The position numbers and the translations under genes are program-made. 62,881 nt of DNA from Octopus bimaculoides. Taxonomy: Eukaryota. Below the pieces are notes generated by a model. It was not told the origin of the DNA, searched no databases, and saw only the letters and a list, made by a program, of their open reading frames with translations. Positions 1 through 12,939 of the stretch are shown here, in pieces; position 1 is the first letter of the stretch, and each line of letters begins with the position of its first letter. The stretch is taken from NCBI RefSeq assembly GCF_001194135.2, contig NC_068993.1, positions 43,002,402-43,065,282 on the forward strand, given 5' to 3'.

Positions 1-1325
1 ATATATATATATACAACGAACTTATTCCAACTTACGTGTGTGTGTGTGTATGTATGTATGTATGTATGTATATATAATATATATATATGAATGTGCGTAT
101 GTGTATATGTATTAGTATGTATGTACACACACACACACATATACGTATATATATATCCATAATCTTATAGATACATATCTACGTACATCTAAATGTGTGA
201 GGGGGTGAGGTAAGTATGTATATATGTACCTATATATGTGTTATGTATGTATACACGCCCTTGAAACAACATAAGATTAAAATAATGATGTGTGTAACAT
301 TTATAATGTCTATACAAGCATAGACCGAGGCTAATTATAATATACTGTTTCAGACAAACTTTTTATAAAAGGCATAGTTAAAAAATACAGTTTGCTCGGA
401 AGGACGGTAGTGAATAGTTAGACAACAATGTTTCCGCCTGATTTGACCTCATCAGTAAGGAACAGTACCAAATATTCTGAATTCGGTATCTTCAATGTAT
501 ATCTGGAATGATTTCCGGAAGGTTGTCGTTCAGGTGGGGTGGGGGAGGAAATGACTAGACGTAATGGTTCGTTTCCCGTCTGAGTTGCAAGAGGAAGCAA
601 TAAGAATGACGAGGAGATACAAGTTATTCAAGAATCACCATCAGCTTTATATGTCAACTGATTTTGACGACTCTTCATGAATGATTGAGAATACGCATCA
701 ACTGATCTTCAAGTTTTTTAATAACTCAATCCAACGGTCGACATTCTTTCTCTCCATAGTTTTCATGTAGAGAGTAATTCTACTGCTACTAACCGCTTAG
801 TTGATCCTAAGCAACTGAATAAAAAAAAAATGAAACATGAATCATATACTCATGATCGTAGGATCAGTTTGTTTTTGAAGACAAACCAGTTATCTGACAT
901 TTTCTCCATTCCTCGATGTCAGTTGCTGTCTGTATGCATAAACTTATTAAATGCATTACAAGTTTCAATGAATAGCTAATAGTCAGTGTTCAGCAAGCGA
1001 TTGTGGCGAATCGTGCAAGAAAGATGAGTTGCGTTACATATGACACACTATATATAGGAAGTCATGTTGGTTATATGTCAAGTGATCTCCACAGCACTCA
1101 TCTTTTCAGGATATTGATGTGGATTATAAATTCCAATATCGTACACGAAATTAGAATGAAATGTATAGCACATAATTTTTAGCTTTTGATTGAGTTTTTC
1201 CCCAATGGGATACGTACCATTGCCTCACGAAAATATTATTTTCAAACCATAAATGATTTTGGTTACGAATTTGTTCAGAAGATATTGGTTACTAGCTCCT
1301 TTTGCTGTATACATTAGTCAATATG

Positions 1326-1394
<69 letters not shown>

Positions 1395-2537
1395 TTCAGA
1401 AAGTAAAGTTATTCCTGCTCAGCAGAGTATACGAAAAGAAGGTTTAATTACGAATATAATGTAAAGTAATAGCATTAAAGTAATAGCGTTAAAGTAATAG
1501 CGTTTTAAAGAAATCTAAATCTGCTGTAGAATTAAAAGTATAGTTATAAAAATATAGTTATGCATAAATCCCACAACCAAATTTGCAAGAAAATAATATC
1601 CACCATTAGATATTTCCAGATGAGTAGAGGTTTAATATATTTCTGTCGCCTGCATGTATATGAGAGTGTTGAAAAACCTGCTTTTTTTGTCATATGTCTA
1701 CATTTAAATGTCTTCATGTGCAAGTATGTAAGCATGTACACGAATACATAATAGAGTTGGTGGTAATCATGGTCAGCTTGTATTCCCTTAGAACCTGAAA
1801 CTTTCGTAATTATCACCTCAGATACATTCCGCGTCGACGGACACAAAGCTTTCATACAAATACAGCTACCCTATTGATTCCATGAAGAAACTGCAAGATA
1901 TAAAATTGTTTTGACTGTACAATACATCGAAGAATTTGTCCATGAATATAACCAATAGATAAATATATATATATATATANNNNNNNNNNNNNNNNNNNNN
2001 NNNNNNNNNNNNNNNNNNNNNNNNNNNNNNNNNNNNNNNNNNNNNNNNNNNNNNNNNNNNNNNNNNNNNNNNNNNNNNNNNNNNNNNNNNNNNNNNNNNN
2101 NNNNNNNNNNNNNNNNNNNNNNNNNNNNNNNNNNNNNNNNNNNNNNNNNNNNNNNNNNNNNNNNNNNNNNNNCTTAAAGACTTTATTCAAATCGATTTTA
2201 AAAATGCAGGAATCCATAAACAACAATGGGCGGGAGCTGTACAGGAATGTGTCGGAAAGCTCCAGTCTATTACTGGCAATTATCTACAGTCTATTATCTA
2301 CCGCGTATTTCAATGTAATCAGCAGATAGAGTACATAATCTTTTGTGATGACAGTATCAGTAAAGCGAAGGACAAAATGGCTAGCTGTGTTTAGTTGTGT
2401 CCGTTTACGTTCTGAGTTGAAATCTCACCGAAGCCAATTTTGCCTTTTATTTTCTCTGGCATCTAGAAAATAGAGAACCAACCAAGTACTGAATTCGATT
2501 ATATTTCTCTTTAAATTTTAGGCCTTATGCTTATACT

Positions 2538-2717
2538 GGTTTCAAATTTTGGTACAAGGCCAGCAATTTAGGGGAGGAGTTAAGTCAATTACATCGACCC
2601 CAGTACTCAACAGGTACTTATTTTATCGACCTCAAAAGGATTAAAGACTAAGTCGAATGCAGAACATAAAGACGAACGAAATGCCGCTAAGCATGTTGCC
2701 CGGCGTGGTAACGATTC
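2538..2717 (-). mobile_element. tRNA-derived SINE family A, head-truncated copy with 'GGCCTTGTGCCAAAATTTGAAACC'-type tail
   Basis: Reverse complement matches the 3279-3511 copy (GCTTAGCGGCATTTCG...GAGGTCGATAAAATAAGTACC) and the tail of the 42743 copy. Confidence 0.85.
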
Positions 2718-2798
2718 TTATTTACTTATTGCCCACAAGGACCTAAACATAGAAGGGACAAACAAGGACATACAAAGCGATTAAGTCGATTACATCGA
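2718..2798 (-). mobile_element. SINE family A 3' tail (Tx1-like tail type), cut by assembly gap
   Basis: Reverse complement TCGATGTAATCGACTTAATCGC...TGTCCTTGTTTGTCCCTTCTATGTTTAGG...CTTGTGGGCAATAAG matches the tail at 3430-3510. Confidence 0.85.
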
Positions 2799-3278
2799 NN
2801 NNNNNNNNNNNNNNNNNNNNNNNNNNNNNNNNNNNNNNNNNNNNNNNNNNNNNNNNNNNNNNNNNNNNNNNNNNNNNNNNNNNNNNNNNNNNNNNNNNNN
2901 NNNNNNNNNNNNNNNNNNNNNNNNNNNNNNNNNNNNNNNNNNNNNNNNNNNNNNNNNNNNNNNNNNNNNNNNNNNNNNNNNNNNNNNNNNNNNNNNNNNN
3001 NNNNNNNNNNNNNNNNNNNNNNNNNNNNNNNNNNNNNNNNNNNNNNNNNNNNNNNNNNNNNNNNNNNNNNNNNNNNNNNNNNNNNNNNNNNNNNNNNNNN
3101 NNNNNNNNNNNNNNNNNNNNNNNNNNNNNNNNNNNNNNNNNNNNNNNNNNNNNGAAAAATATCTTACATGTGAAGCGACATATATATCGGAGATGCTTCA
3201 CCCTATGCAGAAAATGCAGGACTCAGGGATGGCACAAGCTCTTGTGAATCCATCAGAATGTCAGAAACACTTCTGTAT

Positions 3279-3511
3279 AAGGCGGCGAGCTGGCAGAAAC
3301 ATTAGCACGCCGGGCGAAATGCTTAGCGGTATTTCGTCTGCCGTTACGTTCTGAGTTCAAATTCCGCCGAGGTCGACTTTGCCTTTCATCCTTTCGGGGT
3401 CGATAAATTAAGTACCAGTTAGGCACTGGGGTTAATGTAATCGACTTAATTCCTTCGTCTGTCCTTGTTTGTCCCTTCTATGTTTAGCCCCTTGTGGGCA
3501 ATAAAGAAATA
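3279..3511 (+). mobile_element. Full-length tRNA-derived SINE family A with perfect 16-bp target-site duplication
   Basis: GGCGGCGAGCTGGCAGAAAC (box-A-like), GAGTTCAAATTCC (box B), central GCCTTTCATCCTTTCGGGGTCGATAAATTAAGTACCAG; TSD AGAAACACTTCTGTAT at 3263-3278 and 3512-3527. Confidence 0.95.
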
Positions 3512-4061
3512 AGAAACACTTCTGTATCATCATCAGGTATCTCAGAGATATTAAAGCTTCACCCCTTATTCAGATTTCTTCATAATCCGAGATCAAGTCC
3601 AGCTAAGGTCAACATTGCTTTTCATCCACCCTGGTCGTTTAAGATAAGGTACCAGTCAAGTACTGGTATCGAATAAATAGTTAAAACCCTCGCTGTATAA
3701 TTTTTAGCCATGTGACTATTAATTAGAAATGATTGCCAGTATCATTACCATCATCATAAGGTGTAACTGGGCAGACGTTCTGAAAAGCCAGGTTACATGC
3801 ATTCACGTGTTTAATTATGTATTCTGTATGTTTGTGTTTAAATGTTGCACTCTTCCACGCTGTTGCTTTTTTTTTTGTTTGTTTGTTTGTTTGACGTGGT
3901 TTCTTATTGTTTTGTTTGATTTTGTTTGCTGTCTTTTGTTTCTTTTTCTACATCATTCTAAAACCAATGAAATTCATATTATTATTATGCTAATGATAGG
4001 AAAATCATTTATATTTAGAAAACAAAAATAACTTCAACTCTATGCACTTATAAATAACCAA

Positions 4062-4305
4062 CATCATCATCATCATCGTCATCGTCGTCATCTTCTACAT
4101 CATCATCATCACCACAACCACTACCATCATCATTTACATCATCATCATCATTACTACTTTCATCATCATCATCATCATTACTACTTTCACCATCATCATC
4201 ATCATCATCATCATCACTACTACCATCACCACTACCATCGCCCCACATCACCAAGAACAACATCTACATTATCCTCACCACCATACCACCACCACCACCA
4301 CCACC
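4062..4305. repeat. Degenerate (CAT)n/(CAC)n triplet array
   Basis: Direct reading; explains the poly-D ORF at 4048-4263. Confidence 0.9.
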
Positions 4306-4432
4306 ATGACTATCTTCGCAACCTACATGAAAATCCGTATCATCATTGCTACCAGCATTGTGTCGATGGTACTATTACAGAATATGCATTTTCTGAAAAC
4401 GATCGACACATTTTCACTAATAATAGCAATTG

Positions 4433-4485
4433 CTCTCTCTCTATCTCTCTCTCTCTCTCTCTCTTTCTCTCTCCCTCTCTCTCTC

Positions 4486-4572
<87 letters not shown>
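4433..4572. repeat. (CT)n microsatellite
   Basis: Direct reading. Confidence 0.97.
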
Positions 4573-4578
<6 letters not shown>

Positions 4579-4945
4579 TAGGCTGCTCAAGGTTATAAAG
4601 AAGAATTATACAAGTCGGTTGGTTGATCTGCAAGATATTGAATTTATGTGTGTATCAATCGAATGAAAATCCTATTTCTGACATTCTCACTAAACTACTC
4701 AATAACACTATTAACATGGCCGTCTAATTTGATGCGTTTTCTTTCTACTTTTAAACTTGTCAGTCTTTTCATTTCCTTTATAAATTAGGATTGAAATCAA
4801 ATTAAACGGTCGCTAAACCATCAGCAAAAATGTAATGAAATTGCAATAGAAGAGACAAAGTAGGAGTCGGCTGTTGTTGCCAGCCAAATATTTACCTTCT
4901 CTTGGAGAAGTGGTGATCTGTATTCTCATTAAATATTCTCTCTAA

Positions 4946-5163
4946 GGTGGCGAGCTGGCAGAATCTTTAGCGCGCCGGACGAAATGCTTAGCGGTATTTC
5001 GCCTATCATTACGTTCTCAGTTCAAACTCCACTGAGATCAGCTTTGCCTTTCATCCTTTCAGGGTCGATAAATTAAGTACCAGTGAAACACTGGGGTCGA
5101 TGTAATCTACTAGTCCCCTCCCCGCAAATTTCCAGTCTTGTGCCTATAGTAGAAAAGATTATG
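4946..5163 (+). mobile_element. SINE family A copy (tail type CAAATTTCCAGTCTTGTGCCTATAGTAGAAAAGATT)
   Basis: GGTGGCGAGCTGGCAGAATC...GCTTAGCGGTATTTCG...CAGTTCAAACTCC...GCCTTTCATCCTTTCAGGGTCGATAAATTAAGTACCAG. Confidence 0.92.
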
Positions 5164-5553
5164 TTTTCCCTCTTCGCAATGTTAATATGCTCACAGACAT
5201 ACATACATACATACCTATATACATACATACATACATACATACATACATACACTCGCGCGTGCACACATGCGTATACTCACAAACATATATATATGTGTGT
5301 ATGTATGCATGTATGTATATATGTATATATATATATATATACATATATAAGCGATCTGTATATATACTTAAAGTGTGTATATGTTGAAAGCCTTTTAAGC
5401 TGCGGAATTCGTCTTGAGAAAGTATCTCTTATAAACATACACTGTTAGAAAAACAGGCTAAAATATCAGCAGCAGCTGGTGCAGATACTGGGTTAGTATG
5501 AATAAGATCAGTAAAAACTGCAATATATATGTATGCATGTATGTATGTATGTA

Positions 5554-5601
<48 letters not shown>

Positions 5602-6019
5602 TGTGTGTACGTATATATATATATATATATATNNNNNNNNNNNNNNNNNNNNNNNNNNNNNNNNNNNNNNNNNNNNNNNNNNNNNNNNNNNNNNNNNNNN
5701 NNNNNNNNNNNNNNNNNNNNNNNNNNNNNNNNNNNNNNNNNNNNNNNNNNNNNNNNNNNNNNNNNNNNNNNNNNNNNNNNNNNNNNNNNNNNNNNNNNNN
5801 NNNNNNNNNNNNNNNNNNNNNNNNNNNNNNNNNNNNNNNNNNNNNNNNNNNNNNNNNNNNNNNNNNNNNNNNNNNNNNNNNNNNNNNNNNNNNNNNNNNN
5901 NNNNNNNNNNNNNNNNNNNNNNNNNNNNNNNNNNNNNNNNNNNNNNNNNNNNNNNNNNNNNNNNNNNNNNNNNNNNNNNNNNNNNNNNNNNNNNNNNNNN
6001 NNNNNNNNNNNNNNAAAAT

Positions 6020-6420
6020 GAGGTAGTTTTGGTGAAGCATTGAGAGGTATAACTTTAAAGAATGTAGTTTCGTAAAGCCGTAACAATGCGAGCAGGTACG
6101 AAGTAAACTACAAAAGTAAAAGTAAACAGAAAAGGTTGCAGTTTCACTTTGTATATCTATATTTCGGGATGAAAACAGCTTCTTCGGGAAATTCGGAAAA
6201 ACAGAAGTTGGAAAAGATTGTTGCTCAGATGTGTAGGGGGTGAGGGGGAAAGGAAGGAAGGAGGAAGGTGACATGCACGGACTGTTGCTGCTACAGCAAT
6301 CAGTCTGCTTCGTGTAGTTCCTTTCTGTTGTTAATGGCTGGTCTCAATTCGTTTATAAGGAAGACTTCCATAATTCTGAGATTTCTTCTGTTGCGTTCGG
6401 TTGCCTTGGAGAGAAACTTT
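6020..6420 (-). mobile_element. Penelope-like element 3' end: GIY-YIG endonuclease C-terminus plus 3' non-coding region
   Basis: Minus strand ~6420-6300 translates KFLSKATERNRRNLRIMEVFLINELRPAINNRKE, matching the L.I.E...I..L.P.LN end of PLE GIY-YIG domains (established family motif). Confidence 0.65.
6153..6192 (-). ncRNA. Degenerate minimal type-I hammerhead ribozyme-like motif
   Basis: Minus strand ATTTC-CCGAAGA-A-GCTGTTTTCATCCC-GAAA-TAT-A-GATAT: stem I 4/5 pairs, core with U4C, imperfect stem II; lies 3' of the GIY-YIG remnant. Confidence 0.4.
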
Positions 6421-6433
6421 GAAATCCAATGCA

Positions 6434-6628
6434 GGGCGAAATAATTAGCAGCATTTGTTTTTCGGGCTCCTTAAGTTCTGAATTCAAATTCCGCTAAGAT
6501 AGGCTTTTCCTTTCATGTTTTCGGAGTCGATGGAATAAGCACTAGTGAAGCACTGGAGTTGATGTATTTAACTAACCCCCTTCTCCAAAATTTCAGTCCT
6601 TGTGTCTGTAGTATACAGGTTTATTAAG
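6434..6628 (+). mobile_element. Diverged SINE family A copy (5'-truncated)
   Basis: GTTCTGAATTCAAATTCCGC...CCTTTCATGTTTTCGGAGTCGATGGAATAAGCACTAG...CAAAATTTCAGTCCTTGTG. Confidence 0.8.
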
Positions 6629-9191
6629 TTAGACATTGATGACATCATCACTAAATTTACTTTGTACTATTATTGCATCTTACTAACAGAATTTCCTTCT
6701 TTATTGTTGTTGTTTTTTTTTCAAATCAAAAAAAATTTAATAAACTTATAACATTATGGGGATGTGAAAGGTAATATGGTGATTTCTGACAAATATAGCA
6801 CTTGTGAAGATTCACCTATAGATTTCCAGGGACTCAAATACAGTAAATGACTGTTGGTATCATCGTTTAGGTTAAAACTATCGTCATACGCCAGTTAGAA
6901 GCAAACTGCTATAATACTTACCATTATCGTCTTTGAATTCACTCAAAAAAGTCTACCGAATGAGTTTGAAACACAAAAATCTGTATTTGGTGTTGTACAC
7001 TAGACAAAGTCTTGACAAAACTATTGTTTAATTTCTCTGCAATGATATCTGCAACTATCAGGCAGCACTAATCGAACTCAGTCTACCGTAATCTTTGGAA
7101 TTGTATGGTTCAGAAGCTGTCTTCATAAAACGAGAACCCAGCTTCGATCACATCAGCGTGACCGCACGAGCAAAATCATTTTCTGCAGCCTCAGATCATC
7201 CCATACCATGCAAGTGAAACTGCATAAAAGCTTATCGAATGGATTGTACCTATAATTTAAAATGTACGGCCATTTATCATACAACGTGTCACACTGGTTA
7301 AGTTAAAGGTAGAACATGTCTATGAAAATGAGCGACTTCCATATTAATTCAAGAGCAGGTAACTCACTTGATCGAACATCTAAATCCTCATCGTCAAAAG
7401 ACGGAGATTTAACACCACCTCACCACCATCGATGTTCTTAATAGAAAAATACATTATAAGTAATGTCTTATTTGATTTTTATGCAGAAAGGTACAGTGCT
7501 AGAAATTTATTACCTTTGTAAACATTGAAAACATTTTTGAATTGTGAAAAATTCTACATATGTCTTCTATTCCATAAAACAAACGAACAAAAATATCATA
7601 CAATAAAAATTTCTAGGATTAAAATATTTATATACATTTCTTGAAACACATTTTTTGTAAAATATTTTATTTTCAATGATAACTATATTTAACTATTATT
7701 CATAACATAAAATATCTACTTTGTCATAAAACCAGGATGAAAAAAAATATCGCTTAGTTTTAAACTCATCCTTCTGCCTAGCAGTTACCTTGTCAGTATA
7801 ATTGTGAAATTCCTTGGGGAAATAATAAATTATATATATATCTGTAATATGTAAGTTTTAGCCAGCATGAACTAAAATCCTGTGTAAGCTACACGATGTA
7901 TGTATACACATTTAATACATGTGTCTATAATATCAAATTGAAATATAAGCCATCCATTAAACGGTTCTGGCAGAAATGTAACGTTGCTTAATTCATTTAT
8001 CAACAAACATTTTTCTTAGTGGATTTAAAATATATATATATATANNNNNNNNNNNNNNNNNNNNNNNNNNNNNNNNNNNNNNNNNNNNNNNNNNNNNNNN
8101 NNTATATATACGAACTTATGTGCTGAACCAAGCAATATGATCAGATTGTTTTAAAAGTTCCTTTAAATATTCGGCCCCTCCTATAATATAATTACACGAA
8201 GCCGCATATGATCACACGGGGTAACGGCCATACCATATCAAAATATGGATAGGAAAGAGATGGGATAACGGGGAAAAAAGAGAGGAACATAAAATGTGTA
8301 CTTATATATTGGTATATTTTTATATACGCGTCGTAGTGCGGATTTGTGTATGGTCATAGAATTAATGTGCATGTAGTTATATGCGTGTGTTTGTCTGTTT
8401 GTGTGTGGATATTCAGTATGGAGGTGTATATGTATATATGTCTACGTTCGTGTTCACGCTTGTATTACCATTTGGTAAAGAAATATTTTAATGAAGCGAG
8501 AGAAAACATTTCAAAGGCAGAATTACTAGTCAAATAATTATATATCGTGGTCTCATGGAAGTGTCAAAAGAGAGGTCTCAATTTGAATACTTTCATATGT
8601 CTGTATATGTGTATTTTCGATATACTCATGTGTGTCTATACAAGACACGCCACACAACATCACATTCGTACATACAAAATACAGTGTAATACACATATAT
8701 ATATATACACATAGGTTTATGGTTGTATTGATACGCATTTCGACACGTCACTATATGCGTCCATGCAACGTAGAGACCAACATACCAACACGCAGATAGT
8801 TATATATGCACATACATAGTCCTGTGGTGGCATTGACACACACTTCGATATTATTAAATGTTTGAGATAGATGTGAAAGCTGACTGAAGAGTTTTTGATC
8901 TTTTGGGTTAATTTAGTAATTTCTAGTCGGAAAATTATACAGCAGACTTGGTCAAAGGGAACCGACCTAAGAATACCAGATTTCCTATGCCACAATTTCC
9001 TTAATTGGGACACATAACTACATGCCAATATGTGATCAAAATGGCTATGCTATACACACGAACATACACAGAAATAAATACATATAAAGACATACTTGCA
9101 TAAAGACATCTACATATACAAGTACAAATACTGAAATCTATATACACAGGTACACATATACACACACACATATACACACATATATATATAC

Positions 9192-9229
<38 letters not shown>

Positions 9230-10200
9230 NNNNNNNNNNNNNNNNNNNNNNNNNNNNNNNNNNNNNNNNNNNNNNNNNNNNNNNNNNNNNNNNNNNNNNN
9301 NNNNNNNNNNNNNNNNNNNNNNNNNNNNNNNNNNNNNNNNNNNNNNNNNNNNNNNNNNNNNNNNNNNNNNNNNNNNNNNNNNNNNNNNNNNNNNNNNNNN
9401 NNNNNNNNNNNNNNNNNNNNNNNNNNNNNNNNNNNNNNNNNNNNNNNNNNNNNNNNNNNNNNNNNNNNNNNNNNNNNNNNNNNNNNNNNNNNNNNNNNNN
9501 NNNNNNNNNNNNNNNNNNNNNNNNNNNNNNNNNNNNNNNNNNNNNNNNNNNNNNNNNNNNNNNNNNNNNNNNNNNNNNNNNNNNNNNNNNNNNNNNNNNN
9601 NNNNNNNNNNNNNNNNNNNNNNNNNNNNNNNNNNNNNNNNNNNNNNNNNNNNNNNNNNNNNNNNNNNNNNNNNNNNNNNNNNNNNNNNNNNNNNNNNNNN
9701 NNNNNNNNNNNNNNNNNNNNNNNNNNNNNNNNNNNNNNNNNNNNNNNNNNNNNNNNNNNNNNNNNNNNNNNNNNNNNNNNNNNNNNNNNNNNNNNNNNNN
9801 NNNNNNNNNNNNNNNNNNNNNNNNNNNNNNNNNNNNNNNNNNNNNNNNNNNNNNNNNNNNNNNNNNNNNNNNNNNNNNNNNNNNNNNNNNNNNNNNNNNN
9901 NNNNNNNNNNNNNNNNNNNNNNNNNNNNNNNNNNNNNNNNNNNNNNNNNNNNNNNNNNNNNNNNNNNNNNNNNNNNNNNNNNNNNNNNNNNNNNNNNNNN
10001 NNNNNNNNNNNNNNNNNNNNNNNNNNNNNNNNNNNNNNNNNNNNNNNNNNNNNNNNNNNNNNNNNNNNNNNNNNNNNNNNNNNNNNNNNNNNNNNNNNNN
10101 NNNNNNNNNNNNNNNNNNNNNNNNNNNNNNNNNNNNNNNNNNNNNNNNNNNNNNNNNNNNNNNNNNNNNNNNNNNNNNNNNNNNNNNNNNNNNNNNNNNN

Positions 10201-10248
<48 letters not shown>

Positions 10249-10568
10249 ACGGCTACGGCTCAAAGTAATGATTTCGATTAGAAAATGTATTTGGCTTTCC
10301 ATTTGACTGATTTTCATTTGATTATGAAAAACAACGGAGGAGATTAATGTTAAAAGCTGTTTCGGATTAGTAACGTTTCAACAAGCCTATTATTGCTCCG
10401 GCAACATTTTTATATTTTTTATTTCATCTCATCCACATAATAAACACTTCCACATATCTCATGGTTGAACTAATCTAGAATTTGATGAGCAAACGTGCTG
10501 GTCAGCTTATAGCATATTTGGGATGGCTTCAGTTGTTAGTATCATTATTCTTATTATTCCTATTTTTC

Positions 10569-10699
<131 letters not shown>

Positions 10700-12939
10700 T
10701 GTGGTGGTGGTACTGGTGTTGGTGTTGTTGGCATGATCGAATTTTGCAAAAAAATTCCAATATAGTTTTAAAATATAGAAAATTGAATACAGTTAAGTCG
10801 TTGTTATATACGTACTTACAATTACCTTGTGTATTTATTATTTATCGGTTTACGTTATTTTTGATATGTATTCTCATATAAATAAACTCACTATAAATGT
10901 ATAGGTTGTTATGAACTATAAATAAATAAATAGGTCGTTAGGTTAGTCGGCATACATAAATATATATATATGTGATACACCTCCCCACATACACATGTAT
11001 ATATACACACATATATATCTAGTTATTTATGTAAATATACACACACACATATATGTACTAAACGTATAATTATGTATGTATGTATGTATGAATGAATGTA
11101 TATTTACATGTATGCACATAAGGTGTTAAAATAATGGAATGTGTTGGAACTTGTACTTCCTGTACTGTTGGTTTACTTTTTGTTTCGTTCACCACTTTCA
11201 GAATATGTAGGTATGTGCGCATACGTGCGTATGTTTGTGTGTAAATATATAATGAATATATATATATATACACACACACACATACATACCCGCACACATA
11301 TATACAGAGCTGGAAAGAGTAAAAGAAAGGCACATAAACATATCTATTCATCTTGTTGATGAAGAATTATCAAGATATATGAAGAGAGGGAACAGTATAA
11401 TATAGAACAGAATTGCGAATCACGAAAGAATGTTTTGCATAAAACTGGGTGCGTAAAAATAAGCACTATAAAAATAGATGTCTAATAGTGTGAAAAATAT
11501 TTATGTCATTAAAGAACGGAGCGAAAGTTTAGATGCCTGAAGCTTGAGCAACATTATCATATAAACCAATTGTTGACCGAACTTCTAGAAATATCTATAT
11601 GTCAATAAACTGGTTAACATTAGCTTAGTTTCCCAGTTCTCCCCATTTTGTTTTAAATCTGGGTCACAAAAGGGAACTGGATCGGGTTATTTAGATCCGA
11701 ATCTGTCAACAACATGAACTATTCTGCGTGTATTAACCGAGACAGTCAGTCAAACAAACAGTGATACATAGCATTATAAACTATATAGCGTTATAGCATA
11801 TAGAGACGTATAGAGAGTTGTACACATGGTCACACGAACGCACGAACCAGCACACACACATATACGCACACAAGCACACATATCTTATATACATGCATAT
11901 ATACCATATATAGAATAATAACATATACAGACTCAAAGTACGTAAGAGTTGTAAGATGTAGATGTTTGTTGAAATAAACAACAAGTTTGACAGAAACTTG
12001 TACCTTGTCAGCAACGCCCCAAAAGGAGCCAGCTTTTACACAAGACATTCGTTACGTGTGTGTGTGTGTGTGTGCGTGTGTGTGTGGTGTAATATACAAA
12101 TATACATACGTATGTATGTGTATATATGCGTGTGTGTGCGTGTACGTATGTTAGTGTGTGCGTGTGCGTATATGTATATGTATGTGTATATGTGTGTGAG
12201 TATGTATATATATATATATATATAATAAATTATAGGGTAGCAAAACAATTTTAGAAATTTTATTTACCACCAGTGGTCTAGCGAGAGTAAAAAAACAGTC
12301 AATAGACTATGTATTATTCTATTTTAAATGTATANNNNNNNNNNNNNNNNNNNNNNNNNNNNNNNNNNNNNNNNNNNNNNNNNNNNNNNNNNNNNNNNNN
12401 NNNNNNNNNNNNNNNNNNNNNNNNNNNNNNNNNNNNNNNNNNNNNNNNNNNNNNNNNNNNNNNNNNNNNNNNNNNNNNNNNNNNNNNNNNNNNNNNNNNN
12501 NNNNNNNNNNNNNNNNNNNNNNNNNNNNNNNNNNNNNNNNNNNNNNNNNNNNNNNNNNNNNNNNNNNNNNNNNNNNNNNNNNNNNNNNNTCAAATATTTT
12601 AATGAACATTGTCTAACTAAACATAGAGGAAAGCTGAGAAACATTGTCGTTGTGTACTTTTATTGCCAATTTTATAAAAAAAAAACCGATGTGTTAAATA
12701 CTTTTGCTAGCCACTGCGTATATATATATATATACGCAGGTAATACCATCGTAGGCTTGAGTAGAACTAGAATTAGTGGTGACTAAAAGATCACAACACA
12801 CTGCAAAATCTTCTGAACTGGAACCTTTATACTGGAAACATTTTGATACTGGAAACACTTTAATGAGTTTTCCCTGCAGCCATATATGATTTCTGTAGGG
12901 ACCGAAGTACAGAGACCAGATTTGTGTTACAAGACTTTA

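Noticed and set aside
418-830. Minus-strand ORF 418-600 and a T-rich acceptor-like site near 820
   Set aside because: Stops interrupt all frames between the acceptor and the ORF; the peptide is not recognisable.
6920-7250. Minus-strand segment with acceptor/donor-like ends and faint Tc1-like peptides (CMVW, YNSKDY)
   Set aside because: Stops in all frames, no TIRs found, similarity too weak to call.
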